From Macrostomum hystrix (Eukaryota; Animalia; Platyhelminthes): a DNA stretch of 64,000 nt. A program made the translations under genes and the position numbers. The notes under the pieces were generated by a model. That model did no database searches, had not been told where the DNA came from, and worked only from the letters and a program-made list of their open reading frames with translations. This document shows positions 35,951 to 49,000 of the stretch, in pieces (within the stretch, counting starts at the first letter, position 1; each line of letters opens with the position of its first letter). The stretch spans positions 5,828,001-5,892,000 of the forward strand of contig CATNEN010000001.1 in NCBI GenBank assembly GCA_950097015.1, in the 5' to 3' direction.

Positions 35951-36867
35951 CAGCCCTGAGACTAGGCGCATATGGAACTGGTCAAACATTTAGTTGGGTA
36001 ACAGGAGGTAACAACTATAGTTAGAGAATGAGTGCCGCAATCCTAACCCATTATTGTTCCACCCCATGATTTTCTCATCAGCGGCTTTAATCTTCCTAAT
36101 TTGCCTTCAGTCCTCGTTTCTCTCTCTCTCTTTATCTTTTTCGCTCACTTTCCTCTCTGTAGTAGAGGCCTGCTTTGGGCCAGGCTAATGTGCAGCTCAC
36201 ACACTGCTCAGCCCACATGCTGGGCGTGGCCAACAGGTTAGACCGGGTCCTATACGGACGGAGGCTGAGGGGATTACAGAAGACACTCCGAGTGAGTATA
36301 GATGGGAGGAGTCGACCAGGTGCGCACCTTATTGGTCGGACGCACTACATGGTTTGGGTATGAACTATGAGATATGTCGCACCCGTGCTCAAAGCTTTAG
36401 CGTGAGGTAGAAACTCGCCTTTGAATAATCAGATGCCACGCCCCGCAAAACACGCATAGCTGAACATCTACTTAGCTCTGAGATTTGCTATTTGATCAGT
36501 TGGTATTTCAATTCGAAGGTTTTCATCATGTCTTCTTCCTTTAAACTCGATAGCGTAGAGTTGCATTCTCAAATTCATGAGCAACTCTAAATTTGTGACG
36601 TCATGTCGGGAAAAGCGATGACGTAAATCAATCATGTAGGAAGAAAACAATTGTTTTCCTTCTTGGCAGGTAACATTTTTTAGCAATAATTAATCTTAGA
36701 TTCTATGGAGAAAGTGTAGAAGGTGTAGGTGTAGGTGCAGAGGAACACAACTGCTTGCCTAAATTGGACAGAAAGTGCAATTTGAATCTTAAATTTTCCG
36801 ATTGTCTTTGAAAATCCTAGCTCGTATATATCGATGTTTTTTGTTCATCGAAGAATTTTTAAGGGAG

Positions 36868-37195
36868 TGAGTAGCAGAGCGGTTAACGCGTTGGCCTTTC
36901 GCACCAAGGTCCCTGAGCTCGATTCCGCGGCGAGGCCACATTCATTTTGGGCGCAGTCGCGGAGAGAAGGCTTGGGGGCTTGTCGTGCAATTTACGCCCT
37001 TGAGGGCCAACCTCCGAGGCACAGTGAAATGTACACTGCCTGACGATGAGAATGTCAAGGTAGGTGTACACACCTGTGTGAGCGTGTGCCTGCCTACAGT
37101 ATCTGTGTGAGAGTGTGCTCAGGAGTCAGCAGAATGGGTAGAATTGCCTCATCGCTGTCACTGAATGATACGGCAGCGCCGAAATCTAATTATTA
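36868..37195 (+). mobile_element. tRNA-derived SINE family A copy
   Basis: The head GCGGTTAACGCGTTGGCCTTTCGCACCAAGGTCCCTGAGCTCGATTCC has A/B-box-like motifs. The body GCTTGTCGTGCAATT.ACGCCCTTGAGGGCCAACCTCC..GTACACTGCCTGACGATGAGAA is shared with five other copies in the window. Confidence 0.8.
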
Positions 37196-37604
37196 CGATC
37201 GTTATTAACTTTCTTTAACGAAATAACCTGAGCAAATCTGAGCACCACAAAAAATGCGCAAATTTTATGTTTTTAGGTATCTCCTGTTTTTTAAGTTACC
37301 ACGAGTCAGCGACTTTACAACAAGGGCTTCTTAATTGCAGGACAAAGTATGCTCGGTTGAGAGCAAATTTAGGGTGTGGTCAAAGCGACGATGAATCCGT
37401 CCTTTCGACTCAACCTCTTCCCGACAAACTGTATGCTTTGTACTAGATCCTAAAAATCCCACACGGCAAAATCCTCGGTGAAGTAATTTAGGAGATGAAC
37501 CATTGTAGGCTGCCTGGCTGTGCCACAGAGCTTGTACACAAGTACTAGCAGAGTTCGGATTGAGGAAGGCAAAGATAGCTTCCATTTTATAAAGATCTAG
37601 TCCT

Positions 37605-37639
37605 TAACCCTAACCCTAACCCTAACCCTAACCCTAACC
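37605..37639. repeat. Short interstitial telomeric repeat (TAACCC)5.8
   Basis: Five perfect TAACCC units plus TAACC. Confidence 0.85.
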
Positions 37640-40057
37640 AAGCTTCATGTGATAAATATCGAACTAAAAATCTCAGCACTACAAAAAAATTAGGAAAATC
37701 TGTGTAACTTTATTACGAGCTATTACTGAATTTATTATTATCGAGACTTTGTTAGTTAGGTTGTTTCTAGCCATGAAACGACGACTTTGAAAGGAATATG
37801 ACATCGCAATTAAAAAGTAAATGATTAACAAAGTCAAATGTGTTTCTTTAATGTTGCAGTTTAGATTTATAAATACGTCAATCCGTATTTATGTCTGTAT
37901 TTTGTAACACAGTGAACTGTAGGAAAGTACATTGAATACTTAAAAAATACATTAATACAGATAAATATATCCAGAATAATGTTTATATAAATCTTTTGCG
38001 CAATAATGAAAAAATATGTGCTTGTGACATGAGGGAAAGCTTTTCACGCAAATGGCTGTCATAACTTGGATCAACTCACTGAAAGCCGAAGCCAAATGTA
38101 CAATCAGATTTCAAGTTACTACTCACCAGTAAAAAGTTAAGGTATAAGTAGCTTATTATTAATTGTCTGAAATCTCAATGTCTTAACTTAGAATCAAGGT
38201 AAAAGATTGCGCAAATTTATAAAAATATTTTTTGTACAAATGAACTCCAGACAAAGCATGTGCTGTACACACTACTGATCATGGCTAAAGTAGTATATGG
38301 TTGGAAAAACATTTTTGAACAAGCGTATTGCAGAAAAAACACGAAAAATACTCGATGTTTAGCAAGAAAGCAAACAAGATATAATAATAATCAATTAATA
38401 TTTGCAGCTAAATATTTGAAAAAAACGATGCAACAATGACAGTTCTTCAAATAAGCTACTAAAAGTAGCGTATTGAATTCAAATGATAAAAAAGCAGTCA
38501 GTAATATTATTCATTTATGCTTAGTTTGTTTTCGCCTTCTGAAAAATTTACTTCAAAATTAGCGAAGTAGTGTATTGGGATTAATGCGATCAACAACGTA
38601 TACTATCAGAACAATCGCGAATTTATAAAAAAACATTTATTGTTACTGCCCTAACTCACCTAAAGTAACTCACTAAAAATGACGAGTTTAATCACCAAAG
38701 CGATAAGCAGTTTGCACTGTTCAGTAAGACAAAGTTTTTACAAACTAACGATAAACACGAAAAACATAATTCTAAATAGCGAATTCTAAATAAATAAAGT
38801 ACGGGAATGAGCATGCCATTGCGTGCAGTTTTCGATATAATCTTATTGCTTTTTGAAGTCCTCAACTATCGAACAGGAAGTAAATGCTATTCACTTCTAC
38901 GCTATTCATAGTAAATAGACTTGTCATGTTTTTTTATTAACGAAAACTTTTTCTAACTGCGACATTGAAAGTGTAAAACTATAGTACATTCACAAACAAT
39001 CTTATTATAAATACAAATAACATAGCAAGTTAATTTTTACAACATAAAAGCAAATATACATTTTATATTGCACTAATTGAAGGTTTTAGCGAAAATACAA
39101 AGTTTATATAACGATATATGAAGACAATTTAGAACAGTATGGAGATTACTATGAATTTGATTAACAATAGTCTAGGAATAAGCAGGACACCAGCATTTTT
39201 ATTTCGTTGTCTATTTTTATTTGAATTAATGTAAAAAATTGAAGCTTTTAGATCAGACCAATGACTGAACCAATGAAATAAACTTTACCAATTATTTATG
39301 CAAGCCAAATTAGTGGCAGAATATAACTTTTTATAAACGCCATTTTCAAGAATGCGGAAAAATACATAGAAACAATAAAGAATATTATTAAAGCTTATTT
39401 AAAAAAGGAATGTCAACGAGAATAGAATATTTTAATTTTAGTCCCATTTTACTCGTCATTCACGATTTTTATCAGAGTATCTATATATAGAAGATTGTAC
39501 TATATATAGATACTATATATTGTACTATATATAGATATATAGAAGTCAATAATGTACTATAGTATATAGTACATTATTTCAAAATGAAAAACCTACAGTA
39601 AATTTAAAGCGTTCGTTATGAAAATCCTTTATAAAATTATTATTATAAATTGCATTTTTTATTTTTAAGTTTGATGGATAAATAGGTAATAATTCCCTAA
39701 CTTATAAATAGACGATACTTGAAAAAAATTTTAAACAAACATTTTAACTCGCTATATTACGCAATACAGCTAAATAAAACACTGAAATAAATGTTGCCAT
39801 ATCTTTAATCACACTCTTGCATACAATCGGAGTCAATTTACACGTCATGCGCTATAATAATGAAGTATGTAAAAACATAAAAAACTAAAAAACAGCAGTT
39901 AAAAAGTTAGTTAAGGAAAACCGAATTTATTTATAAATAATACGCAGATTTAGATAATCCAATTTTGTGAGTCGGTACCACTTGGAGTTGGAAGCTATAG
40001 AAATACTAGTTTGGAATTTTCAAACGGATTTTACATCAGACGGCAAAGCCTCAGTGC

Positions 40058-43000
40058 TCAAACCACAGTCGACGGCTTGGCCGCCAGCTTGCTCTCCAGG
40101 TAGTTGAGATCCAGAAGAGCGATCTCCTGCGGTGTGTGTTGGTGTTGCGCGGTTGGTTTATTGACCAGACATTGTGGAAGCTTTTTCAGTTGAGTCATAA
40201 CTGTGCGACATGTTGAGTCATGTTTATTATGTTTGAACTAATAAACCCAAGATGTTATTATTATTATAATTGGCTAAATCAATATAATAGCAGACAATAC
40301 TTTAAATTTAGAGTTTGGGATGAGAAAAATGCACTTTTGACCATGAGGTCGGGAGTTCGAATTCAATTTCGAATTGGTTGGGGGTAAAAGTTTAGGTGGG
40401 TGTGATGGCTTTTACAGTCGAAGTTCCGAGTAGCTGCAGCTGTGTCAATGACTGTACAATTTTATCCATCTTCGGTGGTAGAAATTTGTGATTTCGAAGG
40501 ATAATGACATATCAAAATGTACATAGGCGATTAAGCTTATGTAAAAAGTTATTATTGATATTGTCGAAGGTGTTAGAGATTACTGAGATAGCAAATATCA
40601 TTTGATCAGTAAAAAACATTTAAAAAAATAATTAAATAATATAACAAATAAAAATGATGATAAAAAATGACATTGCTACAGAGTAGCTTGCATGTAATTT
40701 TAAACTGCAGAAAAATATCTACGTAATTTAACTTGTACATGTAGCTTTTATGCATTCCTAAACTTATTAAGTGAAACCCAGGTCTGCTGGAAACTATTTT
40801 TAGCCTAATTTCATATTAAAAGCATTTAGTAATAGCAAACGAGGAAACGAGTTCAGATTGCGTTGCAAATACTATTTGATATTGAGTCCAAATAGTGCAA
40901 TTGAGTCCAGATTACCTGACGACATTAATGGCAAAGATTTGATAGCTGTCTAAATAATTTAGTCATATTTAGTCTAGGAAAGATTGAAAAACATGACATT
41001 AGCATGTATTAGCTGATTAGAAGCACATTTAGTAAAAAAAGCTGTTTTGTGAGCGCATTAAGGTGCGAAATTACATTTTTAAGTTTGTGTTACGTGCTGC
41101 TATTTTGGATTTTTTGTTTGTAAACAATCAGAAAATTTAACCCTAGTAGATTGGTTTACAATTTATACTATTCAATTCGTGTCTGTCAATGTACACATAT
41201 CTCTAGACAATACCGGCGCACGATTGTACACAGAGCTTCAACGATATTGTATGTAACCTGTACACACGAGTTCAACAGTACTGATTTATATTGCAAACAC
41301 AAATCTAACAATAAGGCATGTACTTTAAACATATGACCACTGAACACACTTTTGCGAATAGGCAAAGAATGGATGTAGAACTACATTATTCAAAATTGAA
41401 CAGACTCATATTTAGTTACTCGTAAATGGTGTATTCGACTGTTTTTGAGATTTGATATTTAAGAGAAAAGTCCCAAAATTAAGATGACGACTTCATGAAA
41501 CGCTGTTCGACGTATACGACATATAACGTTGTATAACGTTTTAACGTGTTAGATTCGTCTAGACTAATATTAGACTCTGTTTAGTTACAGATAAATAATA
41601 TAAGTGTAATGCCAGCCCAGTCAAGTCACAGGTGCATAACCAGCCAGCTAGTAGTTAAAACACATTTTGCTGTTAAAAAGTGCTCATTGATCTGTTATTA
41701 TTGTTTAAGGCAAAGTTAATTATCAATCGAATCATGATGTTATTGATTATAAAGAAACTGCCTTAATTCTGTGTACTGATTGTTAGCAGCGTTAAGCAAA
41801 CGTGTACAAACCAACGACTTGTTCTGGCCCATTAGAAGTAGAGCAAAGACCATAGCTTCGCATGCTAGCCAAGAAGGCGAGGTAATGCATCGTATTTTTC
41901 TCCTCGGAAGAGAGCTCAACAACTTGCTGCAAAATCACAATGTTGTAGCGACAAATGGTTTACTATTATGACTACTTTAATCTAGTAATACTAGTATTAG
42001 TAGTACACTCGTACGAGTACGTTAAAGCGTTAGTAGGAAAAGTTGATAATTAGCATCGATTTAAAATCGATACAATTTATAAAAAGCATACTAGTCAAAC
42101 AAAAACGGGATAACATAAGTAGCATGCTACTAAGAAAATGACTACAATAATTAAAATAATACGCAGGTGAGGTTTCTATGAACAAGTTTTAATGTAGATA
42201 TAATATGATATTAAATTTCAAGTAATGAAAAGACAATTATCAGTCAATATATTTAATCCAGACTTTCATTTTCATGACTATTTGAATGTTAATATTACAC
42301 TGGTGCGATAGTGCATGCCCTACATTCGGTCTAGTTTGGACTTTGCTGTGTAGGGGGTCTGGTGGCCCGAGTGGTGGGTTAGCGCATGTGCAATCGATTT
42401 ATTGTACATTCCGGCTCAAGCTGGGTAAGAGAGACAAGGCGAGTGTTATATCGATCGAAAGCCCTGCCCGCTTGAGTGGTAAAGAGATAAGGAATGTAAA
42501 CTCTGCTCCGTATTCTATGGTACAGCTAACTACGAACTATAATTAGGACAAGCTTTATCGACTTATCGATCGGTCTAAGAAGTGGTTCTAACTTCGGAGT
42601 CAGGAAATAAATATTCAGTTCCGTTAGTGCATTCTAAACAAAACTAAATATTTCCTTTAATAATCTGATACACATCGATATTAAGTAAATGCAAAAGTTC
42701 TCCACGTTGTTAGTAATAGGTAAACTAAAATAACAAAGACTACGAAGCAACGCAAAAGTGAAGAAAAAGCAAGCTGGAACAAAAGATGACATTTTTTCTA
42801 TTTTTCTGATTACCGCAAATATTTTTCTGTTGTATACCCACAGGCCGCAGAAAGTAACGTTTTTTTGCATAAAAAATTAACTAATAGTAATTACGCACAA
42901 AAATAATTAACTAAGAAATTTGACTCAAATATTTTGAAAACACACGCACACCCACACATAAGGATTGAGGCAAATATGAACATATACAGGTTTTTTACTA

Positions 43001-46000
43001 TCGAAAAAGGTTACAATGGGTTTAAAATGTGGGTGTCCATACTACTTGTTCAGAGACACATCTACCGTTATCGATAAACAGTGTTGGTACAGGAAATTTA
43101 ACAATATCACCCACAAGAAAACAACAATCAGATCGGTTGGGATTCACTTACCTCTTCCAAGGCGCGAGTAACCCGGCCGACTTGCTCGGCGTGTTCCCGT
43201 TCTAGAGCTTCTCTGGCGTTGCTCTGCCTATTCACCAGCCGCCTTCGTTCCTCAATGAACTTCTTCGTGTTGTTTTCGTTAACTTCGCGAACTCGTCGAT
43301 CGCGTTCGGCTTTGTTGCGTATGGACTTGTCGTTCAGCACAGCGCGGCTGGACTCCATGCTGTGCTTAGTCTGTTGGGCTCTCAAATCTTTATTTTCTCT
43401 ATCGTGCTGTACTGTCATGTCCTTGCGCTGGGCTGCCTGCAGCTCCAGGGTGACGCGAGTGGATAGATCGCGATGTGCCTCCAGTTGGTTGCGCCGGAGC
43501 TCGTGCGCCTCACGAGCATGCTGCTGCGTCAGGACCGTCCACTGCTCAGTGTGCTGAGCAACCAGGGCACACATCTGGCGGAGAGGACGATAGAGACAAG
43601 ATTTTCGTAAAAAGTATAACAGAAGAGTAACGAAATTTTCTCTTAAGAAGCTTCGAACTACATCACACAACACGCTTCGAACTACATTAAACAAGACGCT
43701 TCGAAGTTCATCACACAAGACGCTTCGAACTACATTAGACAAGACGCTTCGAACTACATCACACAAGACGCTTCGAACTACATTAAACAAGACGCTTCGA
43801 ACTACATTAAACAAGACGCTTCGAACTTCATCACACAAGACGCTTTGAACTACATTAAACAAGACGCTTCGAACTACATCACACAAGACGCTTCGAACTA
43901 CATTAAACAAGACGCTTCGAACTACATTAAACAAGACGCTTCGAACTACATTAAAGAAGACGCTTCGAACTTCATCACACAAGACGCTTTGAACTACATT
44001 AAACAAGACGCTTCGAACTTCATCACACAAGACGCTTCGAACTACATTAAAGAAGACGCTTCGAACTACATTAAACAAGACGCTTCGAACTACATTAAAC
44101 AAGACGCTTCGAACTACATCACACAAGACACTTCGAACTTCATCACACAAGACGCTTTGAACTACATTAAACAAGACGCTTCGAACTTCATCACACAAGA
44201 CGCTTCGAACTTCATCACACAAGACGCTTCGAACTTCATCACACAAGACGCTTCGAACTACATCACACAAGACGCTTCGAACTACATCACACAAGACGCT
44301 TCGAACTTCATCACACAAGACGCTTCGAACTACATTAAACAAGACGCTTCGAACTTCATCACACAAGACGCTTCGAACTACATCACACAAGACGCTTCGA
44401 ACTTCATCACACAAGACACTTCGAAATTCATCGCTTAACTACGTCACATATGAAGTTTTAAAACCCTCTACATATTTAATAAGTATAATTAAAATTAAGA
44501 TAGGCCTATCTTTTGTTTATCTTTAAATAAGAAACATACCTCTTCATTCTGGGCATCTCTTAGCTCCTTTGCCTGTCCATCGGAATTTCCGTTTTCTCTA
44601 AAGAAATTAAGAGGTTTTAACTTCGTTAGACTTTAAGCAGCAAAAAACGGCAAAGCGCGACTTAAACGCCATGCATTTGTAGAAAAGGTAATAGTGCAGC
44701 CATTTTTGTAAACTTTTTTTACAGGCGCTCATAAGGTCGAGTTAAATCACATCATAAATTACAGGTATTCTATTTTTTTAAACGCTTATAATAAAAATAT
44801 GTTACAATCTTTGAACTCTACGTAGATGAAATCTAATAAATGAACCTAAGCATAAAAGCTAGCTAACTGTATCTACGAGTAGCTTAAAGCATCACTATAT
44901 GCCCACACACGACTTAAAGGCTTGTTTGAGAAATGCAATCGCGACGCGGGTTTAAAGTTGGCGAGGACGCGGCAGTAAAACAAGGCTAGACTAGAAAAAT
45001 AAGCCATAAATTAGCAGCAGAATTTTTCAAATCCTAGCGCTGCGATGAATCAGTGTGCTTCTATTTTGATAAGTAGTGCGATATGTTCGAGTAAAAAAAA
45101 CTATTCATCTACGATCGCAAGCATGAGAAAGCAGAGAGTGAGCACTGTGACTGGCCAAGCGCATTATAATAACGTTTTCTAAACATAGAGTCTTCAATGA
45201 TAAACCCACAAAACAATTTTTCTCCTAACATTTAGACTTAAAAACTGGTTCTAACCTTCAATAGCAAGAGCTAAAAGCACTAAAAATCATAGTAAAATAC
45301 CCACCAACTAATTAACAAACCAGCCAGACCATAGAAAACACCCACCCACCCCAAATCCAGCCAGACCATAGAAAACACCCACCCACCCCAAATCCAGCCA
45401 GACCATAGAAAACACCCACCCCCTCCAATCCAGCCAGACCATAGAAAACACCCACCCACCCCAAATCCAACCAGACCATAGAAAATACCCACCCACCCCC
45501 AAATCCAGCCAGACCATAGAAAACACCCACCCACCCCAAATCCAGCCAGACCATAGAAAACACCCACCCACCCCAAATCCAACCAGACCATAGAAAATAC
45601 CCACCCACCCCCAAATCCAGCCAGACCATAGAAAACACCCACCCACCCCCAAATCCAGCCAGACCATAGAAAACACCCACCCACCCCAAATCCAGCCAGA
45701 CCATAGAAAACACCCACCCCAAATCCAGCCAGACCATAGAAAACCCCCACCCCCACCAATCCAGCCAGACCATAGAAAACACCCACCCACCCCAAATCCA
45801 ACCAGACCATAGAAAATACCCACCCACCCACCAATCCAGCCAGACCATAGAAAGCACCCACCCCCTCCAATCCAGCCAGACCATAGAAAACACCCACCCA
45901 CCCCTGATATAGCTAGAAAATCTAAAATAAAGCAAAAAACATTAAGAGAGAAAATGAAGTTCGCGGAAAGACGCTCGCTAAATTCCTAAGAGAGTGACAG

Positions 46001-49000
46001 ATGACAGACAGCCAGGCACAAAGCCACGCATATTGAAGCCATCTCACTCTGTAAAAGAGAAAGAAATTAAAGCGAAAGAGCGCGCAAGCAGCTGTCTACG
46101 CGATAGAAGAGACAAGAAGAACAGTGAAATTTTAAACACAAGATCGGACCGGATTGAACCAGGCGGACTGAGGGGCGTTACTGCTGCTGCTGCTGCTGCT
46201 GCAGCGGTTGATGAAGCACAGCTAAACAGGCTGGCACAGCCAACAGACACTCCTGCATCTGCATTAAAATCTACATCTGCACGATCTGCTCCTGATGCTG
46301 CGGCTGATGCTGATGCTGAGGAATTGCTGCAATATATTTATCCGACTGTAATTTAATCGACAAGCATGGAAATATTTTGTGCAGTGTAATTAAACTAAAA
46401 AGTAGACAACACGACTAATATTTGTAGTAAAAACTGATGTCTACAATCATAGTTTAGAATTAGATTATATCAGCAATAATAACACGACACAACAGCTTAA
46501 AATTAAAGGTAATTTATTAATAAACGGTATGCGCCTAAACAACAATGCGGCTATTTAAAAGCTAACTAATGAAAATGATATATTCTATGTAGACTACTAT
46601 GACAACTGTAGCATGTTAGTAGTAACATGATAAACAGTTTTTGGTTGAAAAATAGTACAATAATATAAAACAATAGCGGCCACTCACGATCGGGTTTTGC
46701 CCTTCTTAGACAGCGCAGCCAGTGCCTTGGCGTGCTGGTTTGCCAAACGTTCGCTTTCTGCCGTCTGGGATTTCAGCATCGCTTGCAGCTCCTTCTCCTG
46801 ACGCTTCAGTACCAGATCCAATTCTTTGGTCTGCTTTTTGATTAGCTTCTGAAACTGCTTATCCTGCCTAATAGCCTCTAAAGTGATTGGCTCCAGCCAG
46901 GATTCTTCGCGACCGACTCCGCCGCCAAGAATGCCGCTCGATCCAGGCGGCATCGAGTTCGGTCGATTCGACGACGAGACGCCACCGACGCCGCCGCCGA
47001 TGTCGCCACCGGCGCCTCCGCCGCTGCCACCACCGGCCGTAGACTGATTTTTGTTGTTCTTATTCTTACGGCCGGCAGTGATTGGCACATCAGCGATTTC
47101 GGAGGTCTCTGTTGAAGAGGGGTTGAAGTCTCGAGAATTCAGGCTCTAGACAATAAGAAATTTAATCAAAAGATCTTAGGATGAGAAATTCAAGGCAAGA
47201 AATTTAGGCAAGAAATACGGAGGTAAGTGGAAAAGCGGTTATCGCGTTTGGCTCTCGCACCAAGGTCCCTGAGCGTCGAGGCCTCATTCGATTCGGGCGC
47301 AGCAGAGAGAGAGAAGGCTTGGGGGCTTGTCGTGCAATTAACGCCCTGGAGGGCCCAACCTGTGTACACTGCCTGACGATGAGAAAGTCAGGGCACATGT
47401 ACACATGTACATTCTCTATCTCTATCTATTTGCAGGGGGGGCCGGGGCACATGTCGCACAAGCGACGGAGCGGCACGCCCCCAGACCGGCGAACTAGGCG
47501 CTTTTGCGCCCATCGCGCCGCCTCCCCTGAGCAGGCACCACACACAGCAGCACAGACCAGCCGGGGAGGGCAGGAGGCACCCAGAATAGGCAGCAGTGTC
47601 CCCCACCCCAGCCCCACACGCACATAGCAGACCAAGCCAGGGCGGAAGGCTGATAAGAAATCAGTCCTCAGGGGGGCGGGTGATGAGTGTACACTTATCC
47701 AATCGCGCTGACGGAAGTCCAGAAAGCGCGCGGCGGTGTACACCCGCCCTCCAGCTACCCCCAAGGTCTCACGCCCCAGCGCCAACGCACACAACTCACA
47801 CAACGCAGAACAGGCACACAGAAGGTAGGAGCGAAGCTATTATTTTAAGCTTTGATTGCACGAAATATGGTGCACCTCCGCCGGTCGCTACTGTCCAAAC
47901 CCCCCAACAAGTCCCGAAATTAATCGTGACTTGAAGGGTGAATCGAACTAGCGTCATTTGGAGTGCGAGGCAGCGACGTTAGCCACTGACCCACTCGCCC
48001 CCTCCACATGTACATTAGTATTATTATTAATGTAATAAAGAACCTAAAAACTGAAGATTCATTCTACTATCTTCATGTGGCAGTGGATTGCTGCAACAAA
48101 GACATAAAACTGTCCGCTCACCAATGCCCATATCCTTCATCTGGCGCTCCCGTTTCTCAGCCTTAGACAGGAAAGCTCGCGGATCGCTAAGCGCGTCAAC
48201 GAAGTCGGCCAGACCCTCCGGCACGTAGGTTTTTAAATCGATGCGACAGAAAATGGTCGGCAGCGACAGGGGGAAATTTCCCTCAGTTCTCAGACTGATG
48301 TGTCTGTAACCGGCGCACAATCCGTCCAATGGTAGAATTCGCTGGCCAATGAGTTTGCCAGTCTCTTCATAGACACCGATACGAATGACAGCCAGATCTG
48401 GTAGGACAATCTTTCTGAACACGAACGGCTCCTCATTGTACACCGGATTGAGTCCGTTGCCAGGCACTATCCTTGTGCGGAACTCTCGCCTGATGGTGTC
48501 AGTGGGCAAGCCGTACATGTCCACCTCGACGTAGGTGCCGACCTTCCTATCGGACAAGAACTGGCCGGAGAGAATCTGTACCGAGCAGCTGGCGGCGATG
48601 ACGCCGTCAACCGGACTCTCCGAGAACGGATCGAAATGTCGATCAGCTCGACGCATGAAGTCCGGCTTCAATAGGTAACTGGGAATTTAATAAATGGGAT
48701 AATTACGACAGGAATGTAATAACAGTGCAAATCTATTTTATCTTGACGTTTTTTACCAAGTCCATTTTCTAGTTAACAGGTCTTGAACCACTTAGATATG
48801 TGCCAAACGCTCTTTCACTAGTGGCGCCTAATGATTAGGGCGTCGGACTCGAAAATTGAAGGTCGGGGGTTCGATTACCGATTGCTTTAGCAAGAACAAT
48901 TTGCGTCCGTTAGCAAGACACGTAACTCTGAATTGCTTCAGTTCACCTATCTGGGGGCAATTGAGGGTCTGTGTGACATCACCCCACGGAGTCCACGGAC

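Noticed and set aside
41470-41580. CCC followed by ACGTT/TTAGA motifs resembling EnSpm subterminal repeats
   Set aside because: No matching opposite terminus or TSD was found.
47109-47148. Alternative PLC acceptor TAG at 47146
   Set aside because: It leads to a stop within ~20 codons, whereas the CAG at 47109 gives the conserved [11 protein letters not shown] junction.
48820-48880. tRNA-like sequences (also ~36870, ~60995, ~61915) as tRNA genes
   Set aside because: The cloverleaf pairing is degenerate and most copies continue into a shared repeat body, so they are SINE heads.
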